DNA of 64,000 bases from Sphyrna mokarran. Its lineage: Eukaryota. The stretch covers positions 92,380,001 to 92,444,000 of the forward strand of contig JAGIQG010000008.1 in the NCBI GenBank assembly GCA_024679065.1, written 5' to 3'. Every line of letters begins with the position of its first letter. Positions within the stretch are counted from its first letter, which is position 1. Under the pieces are notes generated by a model that was not told the origin of the DNA, did not search any database, and saw nothing but the letters and a program-made list of their open reading frames with translations. A program made the position numbers and the translations under genes. Of the stretch, positions 24,678 through 36,218 are shown in pieces.

Positions 24678-24924
24678 ATGGGTAAGTGTTTGCGTCCGTA
24701 ATAATTAGTTTTTATTCATCTCCCTTATCACAAAGTTTCTGGAGAGGTTTTCGGTTTTATGACCCTTTAAAAATTAATATCCACTTAAATCACTTAAAAA
24801 TTACACTTAATATATCTAGTTACAGTGTCTAGCTGTGATACTGACAAACTGAATAGATCTTGCAATTACATCCAATGAAAGATATCTCTGCAATAATTAC
24901 TGAATTGCAGATACAATCATGTAT

Positions 24925-24969
24925 TTTTAATGGTTGCAAATGGAATCTTTTAATGGTTGCAAATGGAAT
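24925..24969. repeat. 23-bp tandem duplication
   Basis: ttttaatggttgcaaatggaat present twice in tandem. Confidence 0.9.
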
Positions 24970-25879
24970 GTAAATAAGAGAGCATGATGTATCCACAGTT
25001 ACTGTGTGTACAAGATTGGAAAGTTTGTGAGTACTGTATTTGTACACCAGCTGCATAATTCAGTGCCGAATATATTAGCTCATCCCTTATGGGCAGCAGC
25101 TGAATACATTCAGTTAATTTGGAAAAGCAAAGAAAATGGAGCTGACCTTTAGAAATTAAGATAAGATCATTGTGCTTTAAACATGAGAACAACTGGTTTC
25201 TTTTCCACCGTCAGGTACAACAAAGCATCTCATGGGTTTTGAAGAGTCTTTTTTGAGAATTTTGTACAGCTGATGTAAGTATGGAGGATTGCATTGCTAA
25301 GTTATAATTCTTTATTTTACAATGATAACTGAATTCATGAATTGTCAAATCAATTGATTCCTTGAAGCTTTCTTTACAGCATGTGTTTGAGCTTCTAGTA
25401 ACAGTACAGAGCATTTCGTGTGCATTTTCTTCTCCTCATTAAGTCCTGTGCTACTCACCGTAGTCTTTGAGGGACCGTGGGTTAGTGACATGACTCTGAC
25501 CTCTTCCACTATGGCCATCCAGGAATGGCTGCTGAATTGTGCGTGAGTCAGGTTCCCTTGATGATTGCTCAGTTCTGTCCTATTGTTTAGCTGACACTCA
25601 TTGAGACGAGGGATGCCAACACTTTGGAGGGAAAGGCTTTTGTTAATTTTGTGAACCTTTGCTGATATTGAGCACTCTCAGTTTGGGTATAACACTCCAT
25701 TAATTGTACCTCTACAATACGAGTAGCCACAAGCCTCGGCATAGCACTCCGAATTGAAATGGCAGTGCGTTTTTGTTTTGTCCAGGTCACATAGCCTAAT
25801 TGTCTATAGACTAACAATCTAAAAACTGTGTTGTAAACCCCTTTATCGAATGTCGTGAATTGAAATCTGTACATCTGGC

Positions 25880-26550
25880 TATAAGAGAAATGGTTGAGAG
25901 CTACAAGTTTCTATGTGTCCAGATCACCAACAATTTATCCTGGTCCAGTCAAGCCAACAATATAGTTAAGAAAGCCCACCAATGCCTCTACTTTCTCAAA
26001 AGGCTAATGAAATTCAGCATGTCCGCTATGATGCTCACCAATTTTTACAGATGCATCATAGGAAGCATCCTATCCAGACATATCACAGCTTGGTGTGGCT
26101 CCTGCTCTAAGCAAGATCACAAGAAATTACAAAGAGCTGTGAATGTGGCCCAGTCCATCGTACAAACCAGCCTCCCATCCATTGACTCAGTCTACACTTT
26201 TCACTGCCTTAGAAAAGTCGCCAGCATAATCAAGCATCCCATGCACCTCAAACATATTCTCTTCCATCTTCTTCCATTGGGAAAAATATATAAAAGTCTG
26301 AAAATATGTACCAGTCGACTCAAGAGCAACTTCTTTCTTGCTGCCATCAAACTTTTAAATGGACCTATCACATATTAAACTAACCTTTTCTCCTCGCCCT
26401 ATCAGTAATTGTAGCACTATATTCTTCTCTTTTCCTTTTCCCCTTTATACTCTATGAATGGTGCGTTTTATCTATATAGTTCACAAGAAAAAATATTTTT
26501 CACTGTATCCCAATACATGTGACAATAATAAATCAATTCAATTGAATCAA
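25880..26550 (+). mobile_element. Rex1/Babar LINE 3' fragment
   Basis: ORF 25860-26378 VESYKFLCVQITNNLSWS..KKAHQCLYFL..FYRCIIGSIL; tail acatgtgacaataataaatcaattcaa. Confidence 0.92.
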
Positions 26551-28883
26551 GAATCTAACTGGCTCAATATTTCTTTAAACAAAGGAGCCTGTTGCCCTTA
26601 ATCAATCTGGCCCCCAGGGTATTCCAGTCATATAATTTGTGATTGGCATTGTTACCCTTTGAAATAACTTTGCAAAAAAAAAAGTAAAAGAAATCTCAGA
26701 TACAATATTGGCAATGGCAAAAGAAACAGGTGTTAGCCAATAGCTAGACAATCTTCAATATCCTTCATACCAATGCCTGGTGATCGGTACTGAAATCGGG
26801 AGAACTGCCCAACAGATTCACCATTCAACAGTCTGATAGAATCCCTACTGTGCAGAAAGAGGTCATTCAACCCATCGAGACTGCACTGACTTCCTGAAAG
26901 AGCTTCCCACCCAGGCCGTTCCTGGTTTGCCTGCGCTAAGCCTCCCCGGTTAGCCTGTATTAACCCTGCCTCTCTTGCCCCTTCCCTGCTTCAGTATTCC
27001 TCATTAACCCCTCTGCCTTTGCCTGGCTACTGCATCATACTTTCCTGCTAAGCCTGCATCCCTTCATCTGTTTCTCAGTCATCTTCCTCACCATTTGCTT
27101 TGCAATCACTTGTTCTCATGCACTGGCTACATTAATAGATGCTGCCCAAAGAGGAAAATGCGGTGACTATTCACTGGCAATCAGGGAAGAAGTCTATCTC
27201 CTCATGGAAACATCACTTATACACACTCCTAAATATGAATACAAAGACTTCTCAGTGTGTGGTGGTGTTTATTTGGAGGGGGATTTTAATTTTGACAAGC
27301 TGCGCTTTTAACAAACATGCATGGCATGCAAATGCATGCACAAAGGCTTCCTGGCACTGTTTATTGGGAAATGTGAACCACTGTTAAAGTTCTGAGACAA
27401 TCATTGCAAAAGTTCATCCTGCTGTAGTGATATTTGGCCTCCTACTGAATTAAGTTGTTCCATTCACCAAGATTCCCCCATGAAGTGAGTCTGGAAGATT
27501 CTGTTGTAATCATTCCTTTGGGCTTTCTGAGCATCAATGCTAATTAATATGTCAAATTTGGAGGATTTTGTGTTGTAGGTGCTGAACTTGTGGGAACTGG
27601 GACTGAAAGGGCTCAAGTGACACATCACCCTTGTGGGTGAGAAGACTGAACAAAACTAGTCATCCTGTCAGTCTATTTTAGACTTCAAAGCAATTTCAAG
27701 AAGTGGAAAGTCTTTTAAAATTGTAAAATAGAAGGTGATAACTCAGCAATATATTCCTCTATATTTATATCCTGTTATTCAGCTCCCAAATGTTAGTTAC
27801 TATTTAATCTCCATTTGATCAGGTCCATTGGTGGGACCCATCATATTGAACAGGGGAGCACAATGCTGTGTACTTTCTGTTCATCTACAAATGGTTGTTG
27901 TGGTGTTTGTTGGAAGCTTGCTAATGGATACAGATAGAGGAGAAATAATTTCAAATTATCACACGCTTGCGTGTTTGTTTTGACACATTAAGGATCGATA
28001 AACCTAAAAATCAAAAGAGCTCTTATTTACAAAATCCATTAGATTGTTTCTGTGCTGCATACGTAGCAGGCGAAAACATTAATGGAGCTTTACAATCTGC
28101 CTAAACCAAGAAGGGGCTAAATAACTAAAATAACGGACAAGGAAGCATTGCGCTGTGTTTAAATAATATGGAAGTATTCGATAATGCTGTTTGGATTTTA
28201 AAATATTCAAGTATCTCCTCCTTGCCATATCCAAACTGAGTTTTGTGCCTGGGGATTTTTTTGCTGCAATCATTTGACTGATCTATATCCATCAAGTGTC
28301 CTTTCTAATTCATGAACAACTGTTCCCAATTTCCATAAATCTCACAGCCGACATTAATAAGGCTTAAAAGCATGTTGGTTAAAAGATGATAATAGTATTG
28401 CATGTCGGGGGCTGTTATCAAAAGAGAAAATGGAAAAGTGCTAGCTAAATCATTTCTTTTTCCCCTTGACTAAAAGGCAAGATTTCTCGTTTTGTTTCCA
28501 ACTGACCTCACAAGCCTGTTATTAATCTCAAAGAAAAATGGATGTGTTTTTAATTAATATTATTTGCCATGAGGACCGGAATATCTGAGCTCAAAGCTTT
28601 TCATAATATTTAATTATTGTCAGGAAAAAAAAACAGGACTGGCTTTTACTGCATTGAGATGTTCCTCCAAGTTTGATTGAGTGTAATCCTGACTGGGGCA
28701 GGTAAAGTACCCCTGGCGAGGATTGGATTAAAACTCTCACCCCTTTAATTAGGAGTTAATGCTTACTGCTATAAATATCAGGCCAGCTGCTTTCTTATTA
28801 TTCTTTATTATTATTAAATTTATTACTTCTTATTGCACAGCAGATGAATGCTCCAACCTATTGACCACAAGTGGAATATTATC

Positions 28884-29405
28884 GTGGGTCAGTTAGCTCA
28901 GTTGGCTGGATGGCATGTGTGTGATGCGGATCTACGTCAACAGTGCAGGTTCAATTCCCGATACCCACGAAGGTTATTCATGAAGGCTCCGCCTTCTTAA
29001 CCTTGACCCTTACCTGAGATGTGGTAACCTTCAGGTTAAATCATCACCAATCATCTCTCTCTCTTAAAAAGGGGAAAACAGCCTATGAAGTTTATTTATT
29101 TATTAGTGACACAAGTAGGTTTACATCAACACTACAATGAAGTTACAGTGAAAAGCATCTAGTCGCCACAGTCCGGTGCTTGTTCAGTTACATCGAGGGA
29201 GAATTTAGCATGGTCATTGTACCTAACCAGCACATCGTTTGGACAGTGGGAGGAAACCAGAGCACCTGGAGGAAATCCATGCAGATATGGGGAGAACACG
29301 CAGACATAACACTGTGACCCAAGCCGGAATTGAACCCAGGTCCCTGGCACTGTGCTGCCGTGCTCTCTAATGATCCTCTGGGACTTAGGCAACTTTCATT
29401 CATTG
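28884..29405 (+). mobile_element. tRNA-derived SINE (MetaSINE-like core) split by a V-SINE
   Basis: A-box ttagctcagttgg, B-box ggttcaattccc, core cctgagatgtggtaaccttcaggttaaatcatcacca; resumes at ~29370 (ctctgggacttaggcaacttt). Confidence 0.6.
29088..29365 (-). mobile_element. HE1/V-SINE with alternative tail (nested)
   Basis: aagtttatttatttattagtgacacaagtagg tail, reversed V-domain and head. Confidence 0.85.
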
Positions 29406-30448
29406 ACTTATATGGCAGGTTTGGTTAAGTTTCTGGTCAATGGTAAACTCCCAGGATTTTGATGGTGTGTTTGGGAGAGGGAAAGGGATGGACTCAGCAA
29501 TGGCAATGTTGTTGAGGGAAGGTCTATAACTCTGTTCCCCCTTCAAGGTAGAGAGAGCAAAATATGTCAGGACACCGCTCTTGACAGCTGTTCATGAATA
29601 TGGAGTGCAGGTCAATGCATTCACAATCAAACAATCCCACTTGCTGCTCAGAACTGCAAATGTAGAACAGCCTTGTGTGACTCACCTTGCCGGAAGTGAA
29701 TGCCTGTGAGTCCCTGTCTTACAGAAGAGAACATTGAGAGGAAAAACTGAGAGTAGAAATATATTGAAGCTGTTTGACTATTCAAATTACACATTGTACA
29801 GCTAAGATGGGATTTTCAACACTACCTGACCTTAGAAACCATTAGCAACATGCTCAATGAGTTTAGCTGCTGCTGAGGCTGGACTGTTAGTTCAGACACC
29901 TTTGGAGCATGCTTTATTCAGTTCACTCCTGAAGCTGGGAATATTGTAAACTGTCACAAGGGAAACTGCGCTCTGTTCAAACCTCTGCAAATAGAAGTAA
30001 GAGGCAGTTAACTCATTTGCTGTTTGTATAAGAGGAATATTGGGTGGGTAAAGCTACATTAAAAAAATAAGGTGAGAGGAAGGAACAAAATAAAAATGTG
30101 TCAGCAACAAGCTCTTGGTCCAGAGTGAAAGTCATTGTGGAAATAATATCGTGACAAATGTCCTGTCAGAACTGTTGCATCATTACAGCAATTAAAGGTT
30201 TGCTCTGATGCATTTTGAGTTAGGTTTGCTTAAGATTTCTAACATAGAAATATTTGAAGTGATTCATATCTCGTGAAAATTAGTAACTATTGCATTGGTA
30301 TGAATTCAGTGTTTTATTACGGATGTTTTTACATTAGGAAACTGGGAAATGTATTCATTCCTCAATGATCTGTCCTTCACTTAGATGAACTCATTTTCTA
30401 GCCAAAGGGAAAAATAAGGATCTATGATTTCACAGTAGTTTTATATTC

Positions 30449-31019
30449 ATAGAACATAGAACATAGAACATAGAACATTACAGCACAGAACAGGCCCTTC
30501 GGCCTTCGATGTTGTGCCGACCAAAATGAAAAGCAATGCCCCTCCAAACTAAACCATTCCCTTCTCTTCCATATACTTATCAATTAACCTCTTAAACGCC
30601 ACCAAACTTGGCGCATCTACAACAGCTGCAGGCAGGGCATTCCACTCCCTAATCACTCTTTGAGTAAAGAACCTACCTCTGATATCCGTCCTATAACTCA
30701 TACCCCTTAATTTAAAGCTGTGTCCCCTCGTGCTAGCTTTCTCCATCCTAGGAAAAAGGCTATCACTGTCCACCCTATCTAAACCTCTAATCATCTTATA
30801 TGCTTCAATAAGATCCCCTCTTAGCCGCCTCCTTTCTAACGAAAACAACCTCAAATCCTTCAACCTCTCTTCATAGGACCTGCCCTCCATACCAGGCAAC
30901 ATCCTGGTAAACCTCCTCTGTACCCTCTCCAATGCCTCCACATCTTTCTTATAATGTGGGGACCAGAACTGCACACAATACTCCAAGTGCGGCCGCACTA
31001 GAGTTTTGTACAGTTGCAA
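30449..31019 (-). mobile_element. Young CR1 LINE 3' end (~570 bp)
   Basis: Intact ORF2 C-terminus LQLYKTLVRPHLEYCVQFWSPH..; (atagaac)4 tail; near-TSD atattc/acattc. Confidence 0.95.
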
Positions 31020-31144
31020 ACATTCTTTGAAGGTTAGGCGATCATCACTATATTTCTTACTTGATGCATGTTTTATCCATGTCAATAGTGTAGACTATTG
31101 TTAAATCAGTGTTTCTAACCTCTTTGATTGTTTTTCACAGGACG

Positions 31145-31600
31145 TCAGCGTCGTTGGCTAGGCCAGCATGTGATGCTTTGAGTTGATGGAGATAAGCTGC
31201 CTCTTAAACCGCTGTAGTCCATGTGGTGTACTGTTAAGGCAGCAGTTCCAGTTTGTCTCAGCGAAGTGAAAGAATGGTAAGTGAGTTAGAGAGGAATTTG
31301 TAAGTGTGGCCTTTTTCTGGGTGATAGAGCTTGTGGTTTTGGAAGCTGCTGCTGAAGGAAACTTAATGAGTTTCCACCATGCATCTTGCAGATGGTACAC
31401 ACCATTGCCATTGTGAGTCAGTAGTGGAGGGAGTGAGTGTTTAAGATGGTTGATGGGGTGCCAATCAAACAAGTTGTTTTGTCTTGGATAGTGTTGAGCT
31501 TTTTGAATGTTTTGGAGCTGCAGTCGTCTGGCAAGTCCTGATCCTGACTTGTTCTCTGTAGATAGTGGACACGCTTTAGGAAGTCGGCAGATGAGTTACT
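31145..31600 (-). mobile_element. Old CR1-clade LINE 3' fragment
   Basis: KKLNTIQDKTTCLIGTPST.LN.HSLH motif; reversed tail near 31145-31250. Confidence 0.75.
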
Positions 31601-32043
31601 CACTATGGAGACTACAAAGAATATAGTTGAGATTGGATATGTAGAAGATAAATTGCATTTGGAACATAAGAAATCTATCATAAAGGGAGATTTCTTCAGC
31701 AGCTTCCACATTTATTGATTTTCCTTGGTGTCTTTGTGTTTTTCACCTACATGGAACCCCTTGGTGGCAACATCTGAAAGCACAGCATTCATTTTCAAAT
31801 GTATGTTGAAAACGTTTAGCTTACCACCAGCCCTCCTGACTCTGGCTATGTTGTTAAGTTATCAGATTATTTATTTGACACCCAGGACTGGATCTGCAAA
31901 AATATCTTCCATTTAAATATTGAGAAAATTGAAGCCATTGTTTTTAGTCCTCACTCCAAACTCCATTCCCTGTCTGCCGACTCCAACCCTCTCTCTGGCA
32001 AACAGTTTGAGATTTTTGCAATCTAACGATTGAACCTTTCATT

Positions 32044-32177
32044 CTCTATGGAGGTTGACATGGAGAAGGTCTGGCACAGAATTCAGAAAAATCATGGGTA
32101 AGTGTTTGCTTCCCACACATTGCAAGCTGAACTCTATTTGATTTTGTCTGTGGGGTCTTGAAGTCCATAGGGAAAAC
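32044..32177 (+). repeat. ~135-bp direct repeat, copy 1
   Basis: ctctatggaggttgacatggagaaggtctggcacagaattcagaaaaatcatggg... aligns with 32676-32808. Confidence 0.9.
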
Positions 32178-32675
32178 CTTACCCCTGGTATAATATTGCT
32201 AATCACATAATTGTTACACCACAGAAGGAGACCATTTCAGCCCATCATACCTGCACTGGCTATCCGAATGTATATTTCACCTTGTGTTATTCTCCTGCTT
32301 ACTCCCATAACCATCCGATTATTTCTTTGCTGCCTCTAAACTTGACCATTCCAACATATTTCTGGCTGGTCTTCCATATTCTACTCTCTGTGAACTTTAA
32401 AATTCCAAAACTTTGCTGCTCAAGTCTTAACCCGAACAGAGCTCCATTTCTCTATCTTCCCTGTGCTTGCTGACTTATGGTGCCTCTTGCTCAAGAAACA
32501 TTTTGATAAAATTCTCATTCTTGTTTTCCCTCCCTATTTCTACAATTGCCTCCAGCTGTACAACCATCTGTACTCATCTCATCCTGGCTTCTTGAGTGTT
32601 TCCAATTTTAATCATTCCACCATTGCTGTAGTCTCGACCTCAAGCTCTGGAATTCCATCCCTATGACTCTTTGGC

Positions 32676-32808
32676 CTCTATGGAGACTGACATGGAGATG
32701 GTCTGGCACAGAACTCAGAAAAATCATGGGCGACTCTTTGTTACCCACACACTGCAAGCTGAACTCTATTTGATCTTGACTGTGGAGTCCTGAAGTCCAC
32801 AGGAAAAA
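32676..32808 (+). repeat. ~135-bp direct repeat, copy 2
   Basis: ctctatggagactgacatggagatggtctggcacagaactcagaaaaatcatggg... Confidence 0.9.
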
Positions 32809-32925
32809 TCTGGTCACGCTCATCCCAAAACTGGAAAATTGCCCCCCAAAGTCAATGGACCTTTGCATTTTCTGCCCTCCACTTGCTCCAATTCCTGTGG
32901 TGGGTGGGACGGGAAGATTCCCCCC
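32806..32925. mobile_element. ~120-bp MITE family A
   Basis: ctcatcccaaaactggaaaattgcc...gtcaatggacctttgc...gggacgggaagattcccccc. Confidence 0.65.
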
Positions 32926-33959
32926 TTTGTCTCTCTTTTCTTCTTTGTGATACTCCTTCAAACCTGATCCATCTGACTTTATATCTTCTGAAATGTCTTA
33001 GTATCATATTTGGCTTTACAATGCTCCAGTGAAGCCCCTTTGAATGTTTGATTACAATTAAAGATACTATGTATGTTGTTCCATGTAGGTTGGGATAAAA
33101 TCCAAGTAATCATAAAATTAAGTAAGATTACTGTTACCTTTCAGTTTCTGAAGCTGAATTAATGAATACCACTAGTGGCTATTGATCTAAAAGACAAACT
33201 TTCATTGGAAATAAAATCTAGCAGTTGATTTTAATGCAGGCATTGGGCCTATTTCTGGTTACCTTACAAGGTGGCCTTGAATTTTGACATCGTATTTTGC
33301 TGAAATAGAATAAGCAGTCACTCTATCTGAGTGCTGCCAATTCAAAATCCATATTATGAAGATATATATTCCATAATGTATTTTAGCAATAGGTGGAACT
33401 ATTTTCAGGCTAAATTTAATTCATCTGTTAACTTTGCTGTTAAAGGCAAATAATGATCCAGGCTCAAATAATGTAACTTCATGCATTCTAATGTGGGTTT
33501 GAGACTGCAGTAAATGCTTAATGCTTGTGGAATAATATGCCAATGGAATCAACTGTTTGGGCATAATCAATAAATTTAATGGTATTTCAGACTCTAATTT
33601 TTAAAATGACATATTCCACCAGCATGGTAAGTCACAGCTGTCCAACATTTATTATGTTGATAACAGTCCTCTTTACATCTTAAACATTTGACAGAACACA
33701 AAATATAAAGTGTAAAAAAAATTACTGATGAAGTGTCCCTTGTTGTATTGTGCCTAAGTGCACTGAGTTATCTTTACATACTTGTAAGTGCATTATTCTG
33801 AGTAGACATATTAGAAGTCCATAAGATAATTGCAATTTACCTGGAGTAAACATGCCTTGATTATAACTAAGACAAGGTACTTTATTCTTTATTGAGTGCA
33901 TGTATCAGGACAATGCAAAGAAGTACCATTTGAAACTGAACATGCCATAATGTCCTCAC

Positions 33960-34865
33960 AGTTTTTTTATTCTTTCATGGGATATGGATGTCACTGGCAA
34001 TGTCAAACATTTATTACCCATCCTTAATTGCCCTTGAGAAGGTGTCATGGGCCACCTTCTTGAACTGCTGCAGTCCATGTGGTGCAGGTACTCCCACAGT
34101 GCTGTTAGGAAGGGAGGTCCACAATTTTGATCCAGCAATAGTGAAAGAAAGACAATATAGTTCCAAGACAGGGTGGTGTGTGACTTGGAGATGAACTTTC
34201 AGTTGAGGGTGTTCCCATATGTCTGCGACCCTTGTGCCTCCAGATGGTGGAGGTCATGGGTTTGGAAGATGGTCATTGCTTGGCAATTGTGTGGCACAAA
34301 TGTAATTTACTACCTGTCAGCCCAACCTTGAATGTTGTCCAGGTCTTGCTAAATATGTTCACAGATTGCTTCAATATCTACGGATACTGTTAAATCATCA
34401 GCAAGCATCCTTACTTCTGACCTTACAATGGCGATAAGGTCATTGCTGCAACAGCTGAAGATGGTTGAGCCCAAGATGTTACTCTGAGGAGATCCTGCAG
34501 TGATGTGCCAGGTCTGAGATGATTGATCTTCAACACCACAACCATCTTCCTTTGTGCAATGTGTGGTTCCAAACATTGGAGAATTTTCTGCTGATTCTCA
34601 CTGACTTCAGTTCTGTGAGGGCAGTCATTCTGGCTGACATTTAACCAAACTAGTCATTTGGTTAAGTTCTTCCTTGATGTTGAGGGCAGCCATTCTTGAG
34701 TTCAACTCTTTGTCCATATTTAGATCAAGACTGTAATGTGGTCTGAAGCTGAATGACCCTGGCAGAACATAAATGGGCATCTTTGAGCAGGTTATCACCA
34801 ACTTGATAGCGCTGCTATAAACCTTCCATCAGCTGATTACCAAGTGTAGACTGATGGTACCGTGA
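33960..34865 (-). mobile_element. Old CR1-clade LINE fragment (internally deleted)
   Basis: ORF 34349-34576 ITAGSPQSNILGSTIFSC..NDL..RMLADD (RT motifs); reversed tail at 33960-34070. Confidence 0.8.
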
Positions 34866-34879
34866 CCAAATTGGATTTT

Positions 34880-35005
34880 AAGTGTATTTATTACTGCCAC
34901 AGATAGGCTTACATTAAAACTGCAATGAAATTACTATGAAAATCCCCTAGTTGCCACACTCTGGCACCAGTTTGAGTACACTGAGGGAGAATTTAGCATG
35001 GCACC
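34880..35005 (-). mobile_element. V-SINE alternative tail fragment
   Basis: taggcttacattaaaactgcaatgaaattactatgaaaatcccctagttgccacact. Confidence 0.75.
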
Positions 35006-35009
35006 TAAT

Positions 35010-35988
35010 CAGAAATCAGCGCAGAGCTGAGTAATTTATGCAAATATACATTACATCAATTCTACATTTCATTAGTGGGCCTGAAACTGAACTCTGTGGG
35101 CCCTCTAGCATTTTCCTCACTCCTGGCTCACTCCAGCAGGGCTTAGTATAGTTCCCCAATTGTGAAGGGAATAATCAAGGCCCCCCCTCCCCCACAGAGT
35201 CAGACCCCAGGGAAGGTGTCCCGTGGGCATTGTCAGCCTGACAGTGCCAGCCTTGACCCCCAAACACTGCCCATTGGGCATACAGCAGTGACAAGGGAGT
35301 GGAGCCTTATGGGTAGGGCATAATGAGGGGCAGGGCGTCCAGGGAGGGCGATCGGTAGTGCTGAGGGTCCTGCTATTCACTCTGCACTTAGGAGGGAGGC
35401 TAGCAATCAGGGCTGGGCATCAGGATAGCTGGGGGAGAGGGATGTTAGCCTGCTTGGTGGGGGAGGTGGAGGGTCAGGATCGGGGCTGCAAGGGGAGTGG
35501 GGTGTTGGGTCCGGACTGTGTGTGTGTGGGATTGGGTCTGTTGGTGGGGGGCGTGGGGGCGATGTGGGAAAATCGGGAGATCAAGGCTGCGGGGGTGGGG
35601 GAGACATTGAGGGGTTGGAGGGTGAGGGGGGTGACACTGCCCTGGACACATCCAGGGGGTTCAACAATTGGACTGTGGGGCTGGATGGAGGGAATTGCAC
35701 AGCTGTTGATGTGGTGTTCGCAGGATTTGCCAGCTCAATCGCTGGCCAGTGATTGGGAGGCTGGCAATGCAGGTCTACTGTACATGCACTGATGTAGGCG
35801 CTGGCAGGTTGGCACATGCGCAGTAGCCCACTCAGTGCTCTGCTGCCACCTCTCCAGCATCACTGATTTTTGGACTCATTCATGCTCTCAGTGCACAGGG
35901 TGTGGGAGATTCATTTTGAAATTCCCACTGAAAAAACTGATGTGGTTTGCTTCAGTGTTTATGTGAATTTTTGGAGAGAATTGCACCC
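35010..35988. mobile_element. GC-rich non-autonomous DNA-transposon remnant (Harbinger-like)
   Basis: G-rich interior and a terminus gagaattgcaccc resembling the GGGC..ATTT TIR family; left end lost. Confidence 0.4.
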
Positions 35989-36109
35989 CCCCACCCCCGC
36001 AATCTTTTGGGAATTTGGATAATTTGTTCACTTCGCGATGCCATAATCCCCATTTTCCTGTTTGTCCATTTGGCGTGCTAGAAATTGGTAGATCTAATGG
36101 GGTTGGATC

Positions 36110-36218
36110 CAATGATCTCACCCGCCCCGGGAATCGGAGTGGATGAGATGCAGATCATAGAAAGGTTCCGTTGACCTGAGGCAGGATTTTCCGGTTTCGG
36201 CATAACAAGTCTGGAAAA
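36110..36218. mobile_element. ~120-bp MITE family A (reverse orientation)
   Basis: cccgccccgggaatcggag...aaaggttccgttgacctgaggcaggattttccggtttcgg. Confidence 0.65.

Larger units (their letters stand above)
31900..33080 (+). mobile_element. Degraded L2 LINE 3' part with several insertions
   Basis: ttccatttaaatattgagaaaattgaagccattgttttt (LNxxKTE motif), aaaattctcattcttgttttc, ctctggaattccatccc, ending gtgaagcccctttgaatgttt...ctatgtatgttgtt. Confidence 0.65.

Noticed and set aside
25459-25579. Minus-strand exon candidate with a CG|GTGAGT donor
   Set aside because: Poor acceptor (no pyrimidine tract) and unrecognised peptides; may be an old SINE remnant
25592-25660. HSLRRG peptide resembling the tyrosine-recombinase HxLR motif
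   Set aside because: Six residues only, bounded by stops, with no other recombinase motifs nearby
35117-35817. Overlapping ORFs of 68-144 aa
   Set aside because: GC-rich transposon interior with few stops by composition; no recognisable domain
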